This document shows positions 16,939-26,880 of a DNA stretch of 64,000 nucleotides, in pieces. Source of the DNA: an uncultured virus (IMG/VR IMGVR_UViG_3300017989_000061) (lineage: Duplodnaviria; Heunggongvirae; Uroviricota; Caudoviricetes); the IMG/VR virus record IMGVR_UViG_3300017989_000061, one strand, 5' to 3'. Both the position numbers and the translations under genes were made by a program. Numbering within the stretch: the first letter of the stretch is position 1; every line of letters starts with the position of its first letter. The notes under the pieces are model-generated. The model searched no databases. It was not told the DNA's origin and saw only the letters and a list, made by a program, of their open reading frames with translations.

Positions 16939-18132
16939 ATGGCTGCCGAAACCGCTGAAGCTCCTGCTGAAGAAACAGTTGTTGACACCCAACAAGCTGA
17001 CGAAACGAAGAAGCCAGCTAAGACAAGAACAAAGAAATCTGACAATCGTCCAAAGGCCAAGCAGGTCAAAATTGACCATTGGACGATTCCACTGTCAAGA
17101 ATCACAGCAGTGGATAACTGTCGGAATGAACCAGAAAATCTGTTTGCTCTTGGTTACAAGCTGGTTGATTCTTCAGACAAAGAACATTCACTGATCCACA
17201 TGGCTCTGTCAGAAGACATTGAAGTGGTTCGACAAGTTGTCAGTCTGTTTGAAACACATGAATGTGAGCCAATGGAACTGGACGTGGCAACGGTAGAGGA
17301 CGAAGATTCCAAACAGGTGACCCCACCTGCTTCATCTATTGTTGCATTTGCACGTCGTCTTGCCCGTTATGGGCAGTTCCATCCGGTAATGGTGCGTAAA
17401 GGCAATAAACTGAGTGATGGTAATTACAACTTCACTCTGTTGGCAGGAAATCGACGAACATCAGCAACTTTGTACAACCACGCAAAAAGTCGTGTTGATG
17501 TTGCGGATGAAGTTGAAGGTGCCAAAATTTATCCAGCAGAAGTCATCGCCACCAATAAACAGGTGAATGATGATGAAGGCTTCCTGATTTCAGTCGAAGA
17601 AAATCTCAGCAACAAACGATTGACTGCTCTTCAGGAAGCGGCGATCTACAAAAACTTCCGATCCAGAATCAATCCTGCTTCTGGTAAGAAGTGGACCCTA
17701 ACAGAAATTGCTGAGTATCTTTATCCCGGACAGAAGAAGAAAGGCACGGTCAGAAACCGTGAGGCTCTGCTTCGTCCTCGAAAAGAAGCAAGGATCGACG
17801 AAGAAACAGGTGAAGTCATCAAACCAGCAACTGGTCTTACAGATAAAGACCGGGCTGATTTGGAATCTGGTCGCATGACCTTAACTGCTGCTACACGAAA
17901 AGCTCTGGGTGAGCAGCATTACAGCGAATCAACTGCACGCCAATCAACTCGTGCGAAACCGATTCCGCTCAAGGAAATGCAAAAATTGTTCGACCAGACA
18001 GATGAAGACAATGCTGAATTCCGCAAAGGTGTGGCAGCCTGTATGAACATCACGTATGAACAGGCTTGCGAAGAATCCGAAAAAAGGATTCAGGCGGAAG
18101 AAGCGAAAACTCTTCGGGTTCGTAAGAAATAA
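16939..18132 (+). CDS. ParB/Srx N-terminal domain protein with HTH
   Basis: GQFHPVMVR...LLAGNRR...SVEENL..KRLTALQEA, then TLTEIAEYL; GGAG RBS before 16939. Confidence 0.75.
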   Translation: MAAETAEAPAEETVVDTQQADETKKPAKTRTKKSDNRPKAKQVKIDHWTIPLSRITAVDNCRNEPENLFALGYKLVDSSDKEHSLIHMALSEDIEVVRQVVSLFETHECEPMELDVATVEDEDSKQVTPPASSIVAFARRLARYGQFHPVMVRKGNKLSDGNYNFTLLAGNRRTSATLYNHAKSRVDVADEVEGAKIYPAEVIATNKQVNDDEGFLISVEENLSNKRLTALQEAAIYKNFRSRINPASGKKWTLTEIAEYLYPGQKKKGTVRNREALLRPRKEARIDEETGEVIKPATGLTDKDRADLESGRMTLTAATRKALGEQHYSESTARQSTRAKPIPLKEMQKLFDQTDEDNAEFRKGVAACMNITYEQACEESEKRIQAEEAKTLRVRKK

Positions 18133-18147
18133 AGGGAACGTCACCCC

Positions 18148-18190
18148 GAGAAAAAGTCGTCTACTGGGAAACTGGTTGGCGGCTTTTTCT
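18148..18190 (+). terminator. probable intrinsic terminator
   Basis: AGAAAAAGTCGTC/GGCGGCTTTTTCT stem after the ParB-like gene. Confidence 0.6.
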
Positions 18191-18318
18191 ATTTGGTGCA
18201 AAAGAGGACACCCTGTAAATCGACTCGAAGACAGTTTTCTATGAATGTGGTGATCCATGTGAACATGGCCAGCGTTTGTCATGTCAGACACCCATCAAGA
18301 AAATAACTTCCGTAATCG

Positions 18319-19212
18319 ATGAAAGGGAATCTCCTCATGATTGGGTGTATTAAACCTCGTACTCTCTCAGAAGAAGAAGAACAGAAATATTCTTCAATTA
18401 TGGCTGACGCACAGCCAATTATTCGTGCGGCGGCAGAAAAAGAATTTGACACCGAAAATCCCTCTATCAAAGAGTTTCGGCGTAGATATCACAATGGAAC
18501 TCTTCAGACTTTGACAGATTACGTCAAACAGACGATGGACTCTGTCAAAGAAATTGAGTATCCTGTCCTTCAGGGTTATTGTCGCCTTGTGCCCGGTATT
18601 GTTCTGCCTTTCTACAAAGCACACAGATTACGTCATCGTGCTGTCGATATTGAAGATTTCATTCAAGAGGGGATTTGGGCAATCTCCGATTCGATGTTTG
18701 CCTATAGCGGCAATGCGAAATTTGATACATATTCCTGTAATGCCATTCGGAATCGAATGATCGATTACATTCGCACTGATCATTTCCTTTCAAGCGTCAA
18801 AAAACGAATTCTTCGTATGCTCCCAGATCTGCGAGACCTTATGTCTAAAGGTCTTTCTTTTGAGCAGGCCGCAAATAAACTGGAGATCAATGATTCTGAT
18901 CGTGAAGAATGCTTTTCAGCGTTAGCCGTGGCAGTTGATGGGCCAGAGGTAGCTTGGGAAGATTTTGTATCAAGTTACAGTTACAGCAGTTTCGATGGCG
19001 AAGTGACCATGGAAATCGATCAGGTCCGAGCTGTGATTGAAGAAGTCGGTTTGTCAGAACTGGAGCGTGATGTTCTTTATACTGTTCTGGGTGGCGGCAA
19101 AAAATCAGAAGTATCCAAGAAGCATTCTGTGAGCCGCATGGCATCAACTTACGCCTATGATCGAGCACTGAAAAAAGTGAAAGACGTGTTTGCTAAGGAG
19201 AAAGTGGCCTAA
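18319..19212 (+). CDS. sigma-70 family RNA polymerase sigma factor (group 3/4-like)
   Basis: Region 2 EDFIQEGIWAI...KFDTYSCNAIRNRMIDYIR; region 4 LSELERDVL...SEVSKK..VSR. Confidence 0.85.
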   Translation: MKGNLLMIGCIKPRTLSEEEEQKYSSIMADAQPIIRAAAEKEFDTENPSIKEFRRRYHNGTLQTLTDYVKQTMDSVKEIEYPVLQGYCRLVPGIVLPFYKAHRLRHRAVDIEDFIQEGIWAISDSMFAYSGNAKFDTYSCNAIRNRMIDYIRTDHFLSSVKKRILRMLPDLRDLMSKGLSFEQAANKLEINDSDREECFSALAVAVDGPEVAWEDFVSSYSYSSFDGEVTMEIDQVRAVIEEVGLSELERDVLYTVLGGGKKSEVSKKHSVSRMASTYAYDRALKKVKDVFAKEKVA

Positions 19213-19274
19213 ATCTATAGTTGACACCCATCAAAGTCGTAACAAGAAAGTTTCAACGACAGAAAGGGATGTTA

Positions 19275-20429
19275 ATGAAAAAATATGCTAAGCAGCTTCA
19301 AATTCAGTTCTTCAATCCGGGCGGCTTTCCAGATAGGCCAACTGATGAAGAAATCCGTGAAGCCTTGGCTCATCCAAAATGTCCACTCAACAAAGTAATT
19401 GTGAGTAAGGAAAATGAGGGTAATATGAGCACCCTCAAGACATTTGCATTCAACGCATTTGGTCTTCCGAATCACAGTTGTCGTGGGATGTCATTTGCAA
19501 TTTATGCGACATCTGGCCAAGGTAAGACTTTTATTGTTCGGCAGTTTGCCGAAACTATTGGTATTCCGTTTGTCTTTGTACAGGCGGATGCTCTTTCCAG
19601 CACCTACAACTTGTTTCAATTGATCTGTGAAACCTTTGCTAAGAAGGGCATCAAGATCGTTGAAGTTGCCAAAGATGAGTATCAGATTCCTCCGTGTATT
19701 CTGTTCTTTGATGAGGCACATGCTTTAAGTAAATCACTCATGCAGGGTGGTCTTCTGAACGGCATGGAGTATGGTGACGGTTGGATGAAGATCACGACCG
19801 GCACAGGAAAGAAAACTAGAACTTTCAAAGTGGACTGCCGAGAAATTTGTTGGGTCGGTGCTACCACTGAGGAAGGTAAGTTGTTCGATGCTTTCGCACA
19901 GCGATTGGGTACAACTTTGAGATGGCAACCTGCTGGTAAGAAAGAGATCGCTCAGATCATCAAGCTTAATTACCCGCACTTCTCCGAAGAAGCGTGTAAC
20001 GCAGTTGCCAAATATCGAATTGTTCCTCGTTTGGCGAAGGATTTCGCTCGACTTATGGAGATGACTAAAAATCAGCACGGCAATGATTGGCAGACTGCTG
20101 CCAGAATCGTTGCTGACAATCTGGGACTTGATGAGTTCGGCATGGACCGTCGAGAAGTCAAGATTCTTGAAGCATTGGGCAGTCGTCCAATCTCCAAGGA
20201 TAATCTCCAAAGAGTGGCAAACTGTAAGGCAGAGGCGTTAGAGCGTGTGATTCTGCCTCCATTGATGTCTGTTGCAGGCAATGGTCCGTATGTTGTATCT
20301 ACCAGTCGTGGTATCACACTAACAAGAGCGGGGCTTGCCGAACTGGATCGACGTGGCATTGAACATGCCGGTGATCAGGTGACAGCAGAATATATGGATG
20401 AGCGGCGATACGCCAAACATTCTGCATGA
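19275..20429 (+). CDS. ruvB: RuvB-like AAA+ ATPase (divergent)
   Basis: GQGKT, LFFDEAHAL, VGATT..GKL, GLDEFGMD..EVKIL, TSRG..LT..G winged helix; start uncertain. Confidence 0.7.
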   Translation: MKKYAKQLQIQFFNPGGFPDRPTDEEIREALAHPKCPLNKVIVSKENEGNMSTLKTFAFNAFGLPNHSCRGMSFAIYATSGQGKTFIVRQFAETIGIPFVFVQADALSSTYNLFQLICETFAKKGIKIVEVAKDEYQIPPCILFFDEAHALSKSLMQGGLLNGMEYGDGWMKITTGTGKKTRTFKVDCREICWVGATTEEGKLFDAFAQRLGTTLRWQPAGKKEIAQIIKLNYPHFSEEACNAVAKYRIVPRLAKDFARLMEMTKNQHGNDWQTAARIVADNLGLDEFGMDRREVKILEALGSRPISKDNLQRVANCKAEALERVILPPLMSVAGNGPYVVSTSRGITLTRAGLAELDRRGIEHAGDQVTAEYMDERRYAKHSA

Positions 20430-20432
20430 TTT

Positions 20433-20461
20433 AAGGGGCAGGGAAACCTGCCCCTTCTTTT
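20433..20461 (+). terminator. intrinsic terminator
   Basis: AAGGGGCAGG-GAAA-CCTGCCCCTT followed by CTTTT. Confidence 0.85.
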
Positions 20462-20514
20462 AGGACACCCAATGAAATCGAAGTAAATTGGCGAATGCCT
20501 TTAGGAGTGCTGGA

Positions 20515-21156
20515 ATGACGATCAGTGAATTTAATGAAAATCAAAGTGGTAAGTTTCGTCTTGTTGAAATTGATCCATACGTTCGACATAACAAACATCA
20601 CGTTCGTCGGTTTAAGCTTGAGCAATTTTGTCCAATAGCAGACAAGTGGGTACGCATATGTGTTCCTGTCCCTTCACTCCTTAATTTTCAATCTTCTAAT
20701 AAAGATCCGCTTACAGATGATAAGTTGGTTCTCTCTCAGAAGAAGTGGGACAATTTGGTTTCGGCTTTGCATCGACAGTACATTATCGTTCTGCGAGAAA
20801 AACATGGCGAACGATACTTTGCAGCGAACACCACTGAGCATATTGGTCGTGCTTGCTTGAAAGTAATTCAGGAGAGAAAAGAAGAAGGGTACTACGAATC
20901 TTATAGCGAAGAACCAGAGCAACCAAAACACAGGCCAGATGAATTTGAGGATGATCCTCATCTCAAGAAGACTGTGGAAGAGCAGTGGGGTGATTACCGC
21001 CAAAAATTAGCTTCACACAGGGAAAGTATGAGACAGGAAGAAGAGTTAGAACGCATCCTGTCTGATCAGGACTACCATGGTGCCAAGGTCTTTTTGGAAG
21101 GTCGGAATGGATACTGTTACGAAGGGTTTTCGATCTGTTTAGCTGAAACTGTTTAG
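20515..21156 (+). CDS. hypothetical protein
   Basis: AGGAG RBS before ATG 20515. Confidence 0.7.
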   Translation: MTISEFNENQSGKFRLVEIDPYVRHNKHHVRRFKLEQFCPIADKWVRICVPVPSLLNFQSSNKDPLTDDKLVLSQKKWDNLVSALHRQYIIVLREKHGERYFAANTTEHIGRACLKVIQERKEEGYYESYSEEPEQPKHRPDEFEDDPHLKKTVEEQWGDYRQKLASHRESMRQEEELERILSDQDYHGAKVFLEGRNGYCYEGFSICLAETV

Positions 21157-21167
21157 GACACCCAATA

Positions 21168-21548
21168 ATGAACACATACGAACTCAGCGTTGAGGCTGTG
21201 CATCAAACAGATATGGGGCTTCGTGGGAGATCATTTGATCAGCTCTACGCCACAAATTCTGATGAATTGAATGATGTGGTCATGGACGCTCTGAGATACA
21301 TTAAAAGATTGATGCTGTGTATCGGAGAACCCTATGATATTTTGTATGTCGGATCAATTAAGATTCATCCATATGTCATAGGTTCAATTGATGAGGAAGG
21401 TCATTGTTCCACAGTGTATGGAATGTGTATCTTTGAGTGGAAACATGACACCGGATGTTACAAAAGCGTCAACGAACAAGTGTTGACACTGCTTGAAGAA
21501 ATCAAGGCATTAGGTCCAGATGATTGGAAAAGGATTGAAAATGAGTAA
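21168..21548 (+). CDS. hypothetical protein
   Basis: co-directional ORF. Confidence 0.7.
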   Translation: MNTYELSVEAVHQTDMGLRGRSFDQLYATNSDELNDVVMDALRYIKRLMLCIGEPYDILYVGSIKIHPYVIGSIDEEGHCSTVYGMCIFEWKHDTGCYKSVNEQVLTLLEEIKALGPDDWKRIENE

Positions 21549-23043
21549 GAATTGGTTTACGGCACACAAAGATGGTCTTCGTATGGTCGCCAAGCGACTC
21601 GTTGAAAGACGTTCTTTTGGGATCATCGGGGCAGAACTTTATCAAAACGTCATGGACACAGAGGCAACTGAATGTCATATCAAGGTGGCGATAATCCCCG
21701 GAAAGCCATTGATTGAAATCAGCGTCATTGACAATGGTCCGGGTTACACTGATCTGTCTCATGCTTGGACAGTCTATGCTCCATCTGAGAAGAAAGATGA
21801 TCCTACTAAAGCTGGTCGGTTCAATGTCGGCTGTAAGATGGCTCTGGCTTTCTGCAAAGAAGCTCGTGTTCACACAACAAGCGGCACAGTTGAATTCAAT
21901 GATGAAGGGCGACATGAATACCCTCGTCGGAAGCGAGACAATGGAACAGAGTTCTGGGCACTCATGGAATGTACTCGTCAGCAGTACACTGAACTTATTG
22001 AGTACATGAACAAAATCATTGTTCGTCCCGGTCTAAAACTGTTTGTTAATGGTGATGAAATCAAAGGCAGAAAGCCAATTCACACTTTTGAGCAAACTCT
22101 TTTCACTGAGATCGGTGAAGATCTTCGTACATCTGCACGAAAGTGTGAAATTCAGATTTTTGATGTTCTTCCTGATGAGGTGCCGAGTCTCTATGAATTG
22201 GGTATTCCGGTTGTAGAAACTGGGGATAAATGGCATTACAGCATTCAGCAGAAAGTTCCTCTGAATGTAGATCGTGACAATGTGACCCCTTCTTATCTTA
22301 AAGCTGTTCGTACTCATGTGCTCAATGAAATGCATGAAAAAATTGAACAGGATGATACCACTGAAGCTTGGGTCAATGAAGCGTCCAGTGATGAACGGTG
22401 TTCAGATGAGGCCACACATTCGTTTATGACTAAACGGTTTGGGCCTAAGAGGGTATCGATTGACCCAACTAACCCGGATGCAAACGGTGCAGCCATTACG
22501 GCTGGATACAATATGATTTCGTCACATGGACTGACAAAAGGTCAGCGAGCTAATGCCAAGATGGCAGGTGCCCTTTTCAGCAGTTCTCAGGCTTTTCCCA
22601 TGGAGGGCAAAGGAGCGTACAGTGATGACCCAAATGCAACCCCAGTGGAAGTGATCCCAAGGGAAAAGTGGACACCTGCTATGGGTTTAATCGAGGAATA
22701 CACTCGATGGTTGGGTTCAGAATTGCTGGACCATGGTATCATTGTTCGGTTTGTGATGTGTCATAGTTTTGTTGGCAGATCATGGATTGCCTGTTATGGC
22801 GATAATGTGCTGGACTACAACAAGTTCACCATGGGCAACAAGTTCTTTGAAGAAGGCTTCACGCCTCGTCTTGACGGGCTTATTATTCATGAGCTTGCAC
22901 ATGACAAGGTGAAAAATCATGCAACAGATGATTTTCACGAGGAGTGTTGCTCTCTGGGAGCTAAGCTCAAGCGTCTGGCACTCGACCAACCAGAGAAATT
23001 CCATGGTTTCGCATCAAGATTTGAAAGAAGGAACAACATATGA
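21541..23043 (+). CDS. GHKL (HATPase_c) ATPase fused to a C-terminal HExxH metallopeptidase-like domain
   Basis: ELYQNVMD, DNGPG, GRFNVGCK, GT boxes; IIHELAHD...H...F. Confidence 0.8.
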   Translation: MSKNWFTAHKDGLRMVAKRLVERRSFGIIGAELYQNVMDTEATECHIKVAIIPGKPLIEISVIDNGPGYTDLSHAWTVYAPSEKKDDPTKAGRFNVGCKMALAFCKEARVHTTSGTVEFNDEGRHEYPRRKRDNGTEFWALMECTRQQYTELIEYMNKIIVRPGLKLFVNGDEIKGRKPIHTFEQTLFTEIGEDLRTSARKCEIQIFDVLPDEVPSLYELGIPVVETGDKWHYSIQQKVPLNVDRDNVTPSYLKAVRTHVLNEMHEKIEQDDTTEAWVNEASSDERCSDEATHSFMTKRFGPKRVSIDPTNPDANGAAITAGYNMISSHGLTKGQRANAKMAGALFSSSQAFPMEGKGAYSDDPNATPVEVIPREKWTPAMGLIEEYTRWLGSELLDHGIIVRFVMCHSFVGRSWIACYGDNVLDYNKFTMGNKFFEEGFTPRLDGLIIHELAHDKVKNHATDDFHEECCSLGAKLKRLALDQPEKFHGFASRFERRNNI

Positions 23044-23396
23044 AATCACTGTCTTTGGTCCCTAAAGGAAGTTTGCAGCATCGTCGATTCATTCTTGCAG
23101 CAAATGAAAATGAGTTTTGGACTGGTCATGGTTGGTCTATGAATGAAGACGACGCAATGCTCATTTCAGATCCAAGAACTATCGATTTAAAAGAAATCAT
23201 CAATCCAAATGGGACACCTCGTAAGTTTGTAGCACCAGTTGAAGTAGAAGTTTTCGGTGATGATCCAGTGGATTTGATCGGACTTCAAGTCTTCATGATG
23301 AAAGCTGCTCGTTTGTATTTGGATTACAATCAAAACAATACTCAGAACTTTGCACTTTTGGGTATTGATTGGTCGGAGTTAAAAGAGGTATCATAA
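23040..23396 (+). CDS. hypothetical protein
   Basis: ATGA-coupled ORF. Confidence 0.7.
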   Translation: MKSLSLVPKGSLQHRRFILAANENEFWTGHGWSMNEDDAMLISDPRTIDLKEIINPNGTPRKFVAPVEVEVFGDDPVDLIGLQVFMMKAARLYLDYNQNNTQNFALLGIDWSELKEVS

Positions 23397-23965
23397 TGTC
23401 TTGGCTTAATCAACGTGACTATGGTCACCACAATGGTTATTCTGGTCGTCGCAATCGGACACCACGTATCGTGATGTTCCTGCGATGTTGTGTGCCCGGA
23501 TTTCTAATTTGTGGACTTTGGACTTACATGATTATGCCCCCACAGGGAAAAGTCGGTTGGAGCTATACTGATGGGGTTTGTACTCTGGAAGATCAAATTG
23601 ACATGGTTATCGGCGTTGGCATTATTGCCCCTCTGATTGGTTCGTTTTTGACACTTACCATTCCATGGTTTTTCTTTCATCTGGTATCGACTGTTGAAAT
23701 GAAAAACGATGCCGGGTGGCAACAGTTTCTGGAAGAAGGTGGGTCTCCATTTTGGGACCATTACTTACCTTGGCCTTTTAACCCGGATTCCAAAATCGTA
23801 AGATGGGGTGGCTGTGACTATGTTGATTATGATGAAAATGGCGTTCCCATCCATTATGATGACTACGACGATTATGACGAAGGGTATGATGAGGATTATA
23901 ATGATCCTGATTGGTCGGGAGATCCTCATCAACCCACAATGCCCATGGAACGGAGAGAAAGCTGA
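23396..23965 (+). CDS. membrane protein with Asp/Tyr-rich tail
   Basis: Two TM segments; YDDYDDYDEGYDEDY tail. Confidence 0.65.
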   Translation: MSWLNQRDYGHHNGYSGRRNRTPRIVMFLRCCVPGFLICGLWTYMIMPPQGKVGWSYTDGVCTLEDQIDMVIGVGIIAPLIGSFLTLTIPWFFFHLVSTVEMKNDAGWQQFLEEGGSPFWDHYLPWPFNPDSKIVRWGGCDYVDYDENGVPIHYDDYDDYDEGYDEDYNDPDWSGDPHQPTMPMERRES

Positions 23966-24495
23966 TGATTGAATACAAACAAGGCGATCTGTTTTCAACA
24001 GATTGGACCACGCCAACAATTAAACTGGTTCCTCATTGTTGTAATGACGTTGACCGATTTGGCTCAGGCTTTGCTGGTGCAGTTGCTAAGCATTGGCCAC
24101 AGGTCAAGCAACGATATCATGATTGGCATCGTTTGGGCATCGACATTGAAAGCGGTAAGCCTTTTAAGCTGGGACAGTTTCAGACCGTCAAGGTGCGTGG
24201 AGATGATTTGTTCTCGCTGACTTATGCCATCAACATGATTGGTCAACGGGACACGGTCAGCTCTGACAATCCTAAGCCAGTGAAATATGGTCCGCTCTAC
24301 AAGTGTATCGAAGGGATTGGAATGATGCTGAGAAACTTCTCCAATCAGCATTACCCAGTTCACAACATCGAGGTCATCACTCCCAAATTTGGGAGTGGCC
24401 TTGCGGGAGGCGACTGGGCGATCATAGAAGAAATGGTTCAAGACCAATGGGTTTCCGACATCGTTAATGTGACTGTTTGGGAGCTTGACCGATGA
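23965..24495 (+). CDS. macrodomain protein (Poa1p/TARG1-like ADP-ribose hydrolase class)
   Basis: IEYKQGDLF, HCCND..FGSGFA, PKFGSGLAGGDW. Confidence 0.9.
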   Translation: MIEYKQGDLFSTDWTTPTIKLVPHCCNDVDRFGSGFAGAVAKHWPQVKQRYHDWHRLGIDIESGKPFKLGQFQTVKVRGDDLFSLTYAINMIGQRDTVSSDNPKPVKYGPLYKCIEGIGMMLRNFSNQHYPVHNIEVITPKFGSGLAGGDWAIIEEMVQDQWVSDIVNVTVWELDR

Positions 24496-24725
24496 AACAA
24501 CTGTTTGCCATTCTGGGCATTTCCGTGTTCATTATGATTGGCTTGCTTTTTTATATGCAGGTCAATGTCGAAGAGATCAAAATTCAATCTCGACAAGATA
24601 AAGCGATTTTGGGTTTTGTTTTTCTCTTTGACTCTTTTCTAATCTTTCTTTCAGTCGCATTGATTGGATTGAGATTGGTTACAAAGAAAGTCTCTGGAGG
24701 TGATTTTGATGATTCCCAACATTGA
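24492..24725 (+). CDS. small membrane protein
   Basis: Two hydrophobic helices. Confidence 0.65.
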   Translation: MKQLFAILGISVFIMIGLLFYMQVNVEEIKIQSRQDKAILGFVFLFDSFLIFLSVALIGLRLVTKKVSGGDFDDSQH

Positions 24726-25095
24726 AGATCGAATCAAAAGCCTCATAGCAGGCCATATGCCTGTGACGCACGGAAAGCTCGCCACTGAATGTTCAGAAGA
24801 GTATCGTGAAGAGGTGACGATTGATCGCTACAAACAACGTGAAGGCGATGATCTTTGGGCTATCAAAAAGTATGGTAGTCTTTGTCTTGCCAAAGATGGG
24901 TGTTGGGAATATGAGCCAATGCCTTCGTCGAGGACTGATGAATTCATTGAAAGCTGTCGCTATGATTCGATGGAAGAAGCGTTTGCTTATTTCCAAAGAT
25001 GGAGTGCGTGGGCTATCGAAAAGTTTCATCAGGGAATCATTTACGGAACAAATACTTGGGACGATGAAACTTTCCCATATAAGACACCCTTGTAG
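24709..25095 (+). CDS. hypothetical phage protein
   Basis: WEYEPMPSSRTDEF segment; GGAGG RBS. Confidence 0.7.
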   Translation: MIPNIEDRIKSLIAGHMPVTHGKLATECSEEYREEVTIDRYKQREGDDLWAIKKYGSLCLAKDGCWEYEPMPSSRTDEFIESCRYDSMEEAFAYFQRWSAWAIEKFHQGIIYGTNTWDDETFPYKTPL

Positions 25096-25191
25096 AATCT
25101 AACACAAGAGAAAATCACTAAGAATTCTTACTCCTGTAAGTTCTTGTAGAATTACAACTTATGTCTTCTTGGTGAAAATCTTAGTGAGTTT

Positions 25192-25222
25192 TGCTTTACA
25201 ATCAAAACCACTATCGTAGAAT
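25192..25222 (+). promoter_or_regulatory. conserved sigma70-type promoter, copy 5
   Basis: GC-TTTACA(25195)-16 nt-TAGAAT. Confidence 0.75.
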
Positions 25223-25317
25223 GTTGAGAGAACCTGACGCCGTGACCAATGTTGGACAGCGGCCCGTTTATCGTGGCGGTTCCACGAAAATTCGCATCAG
25301 AAAGCGAAGGTGTAATT

Positions 25318-25734
25318 ATGGCCAAAGGCCCAACAACGCAAGCTCTGTTCGACGTACTCGATGCTCAGGGCGATCTGACCCGCAGTGAAGCAGAATCCCA
25401 TCTGAAGAAGAAGGGCAAGACTGTTTACGAGTATTTCTATGGTGACCATGGAAAGGGAACAAATCGCTTCAATTCGTTCAAGAACGACTGGAAGAAGTCA
25501 CGCAACATGCCAATTGGCAAGCGTGGCAGGAAGCCGGGTAAGTCAACCAAGACAACGACCACTCGTCGTCGGCGTCAGGTTGTTGCAACAAATCCCGTGA
25601 CTGATTTCGGCAAGGCTCTGGCCGAAGTCAAGAGCATGGGTGGCATCAGTGCTGTCCGCTCACGGATCACTGAGCTTCAGGGTCTCATTGAGACGGTGGA
25701 ATCTGTTCAGGAACAGCTCAAGGGAGTTGCCTGA
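25318..25734 (+). CDS. basic putative DNA-binding protein
   Basis: KRGRKPG AT-hook-like and RRRR segments; has its own promoter and terminator. Confidence 0.7.
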   Translation: MAKGPTTQALFDVLDAQGDLTRSEAESHLKKKGKTVYEYFYGDHGKGTNRFNSFKNDWKKSRNMPIGKRGRKPGKSTKTTTTRRRRQVVATNPVTDFGKALAEVKSMGGISAVRSRITELQGLIETVESVQEQLKGVA

Positions 25735-25754
25735 CATTTGCCGGTTGGTCATAC

Positions 25755-25786
25755 AAAGGGGGCAGGCAGCCTGCCCCCTTTTGTTT
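25755..25786 (+). terminator. intrinsic terminator
   Basis: GGGGCAGG/CCTGCCCC stem followed by TTTTT. Confidence 0.8.
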
Positions 25787-25802
25787 AACACGAAAGAAAA
25801 AT

Positions 25803-26402
25803 ATGCAAACTATCGGATGGTCACAATTTGCTCGTGATCGACATCAGCCGAGTTCAGGTCATTCTTACTTCACTATCTCAGAAGATGAAGTCATTGATCG
25901 AATTCAGCAGAATTTCGATAAGAGAATTCCCGGTACAGGTGAAACTGGCATACACCGAAAGGTGCTTGTGCCTATTGAAGCTGATGGGTTTTTCTGTCCT
26001 CCAAGTATGCCCCTTCGGGAAGGAATGCCTGTTCAAGCACGGGTGACCTATCGACAGAAAGGGGAAGATCCGTATATTGAAACATACATCACCCTTGATG
26101 ATGCAAAGGCACTTGGTTTCACGGGGACACCTGCTAAGTTCTGTGAAATCGTTTGTTACAGTGCTAAGGCCCTTGTGGAAAATGGCGGTGAGCGATCTAC
26201 TGATTGTGAATGGGAAATCGTTTGTATTCTTGCCACTGAGACTGAAGGTACTGAACCAATGCCGAGTTTAACCATGGCAAGGAATTTTTTACAGAAAGCA
26301 GGGGGCACTTTCACAGACTACACAGCAAAGGAATTTGCAGAATCAATTTACTACCATTCAACCCGGAAGGGAGTTCGTGTTGTTACACCTACTAAGGAGT
26401 GA
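25803..26402 (+). CDS. DUF3228-like protein
   Basis: WEIVCILA...EPMPSLTMARN.L...GG...ESIYY. Confidence 0.6.
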   Translation: MQTIGWSQFARDRHQPSSGHSYFTISEDEVIDRIQQNFDKRIPGTGETGIHRKVLVPIEADGFFCPPSMPLREGMPVQARVTYRQKGEDPYIETYITLDDAKALGFTGTPAKFCEIVCYSAKALVENGGERSTDCEWEIVCILATETEGTEPMPSLTMARNFLQKAGGTFTDYTAKEFAESIYYHSTRKGVRVVTPTKE

Positions 26403-26404
26403 CA

Positions 26405-26770
26405 ATGATCACGCACCCGGAATTATTGGTGCCTCATGCTGAAGCAGCATTGATTGAAGTTCCTGAAGATCTCACTGATTATGATCCATTTGAATATCCT
26501 TGGTGGGACATTTATTTAAAAACTCAACTTTGGTCACCTGTTCCTGACTGGGACGCACCAGCACACAATGCTCATATCATTTCTCGAATTCCAGAAGAAG
26601 AAATTCGCACGATAAAATTCAAACAGCTTTTGGAAAGAGGCTACCAAACAGCTTCGTTTAATTCTGAAACAGTTTCTAAGTTTGAAATAGACTCTGATTC
26701 AAAAATGGTGTTTTCTGTTTGTTTTTTTGGTTGCATTGTCATGGTTCTGATTGCTGTACTTTTTTATTGA
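26405..26770 (+). CDS. hypothetical protein with C-terminal TM segment
   Basis: AAGGAG RBS. Confidence 0.65.
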   Translation: MITHPELLVPHAEAALIEVPEDLTDYDPFEYPWWDIYLKTQLWSPVPDWDAPAHNAHIISRIPEEEIRTIKFKQLLERGYQTASFNSETVSKFEIDSDSKMVFSVCFFGCIVMVLIAVLFY

Positions 26771-26880
26771 GGAACAACATGACACGTCGTGGCAAAAAGA
26801 AAAAACCCAAAGGACTTCATTGGAAACTGTTTGAAAGGGAAAGGGTTGTTTATCTTGATGGCAACCCTATGATCCTGCCA

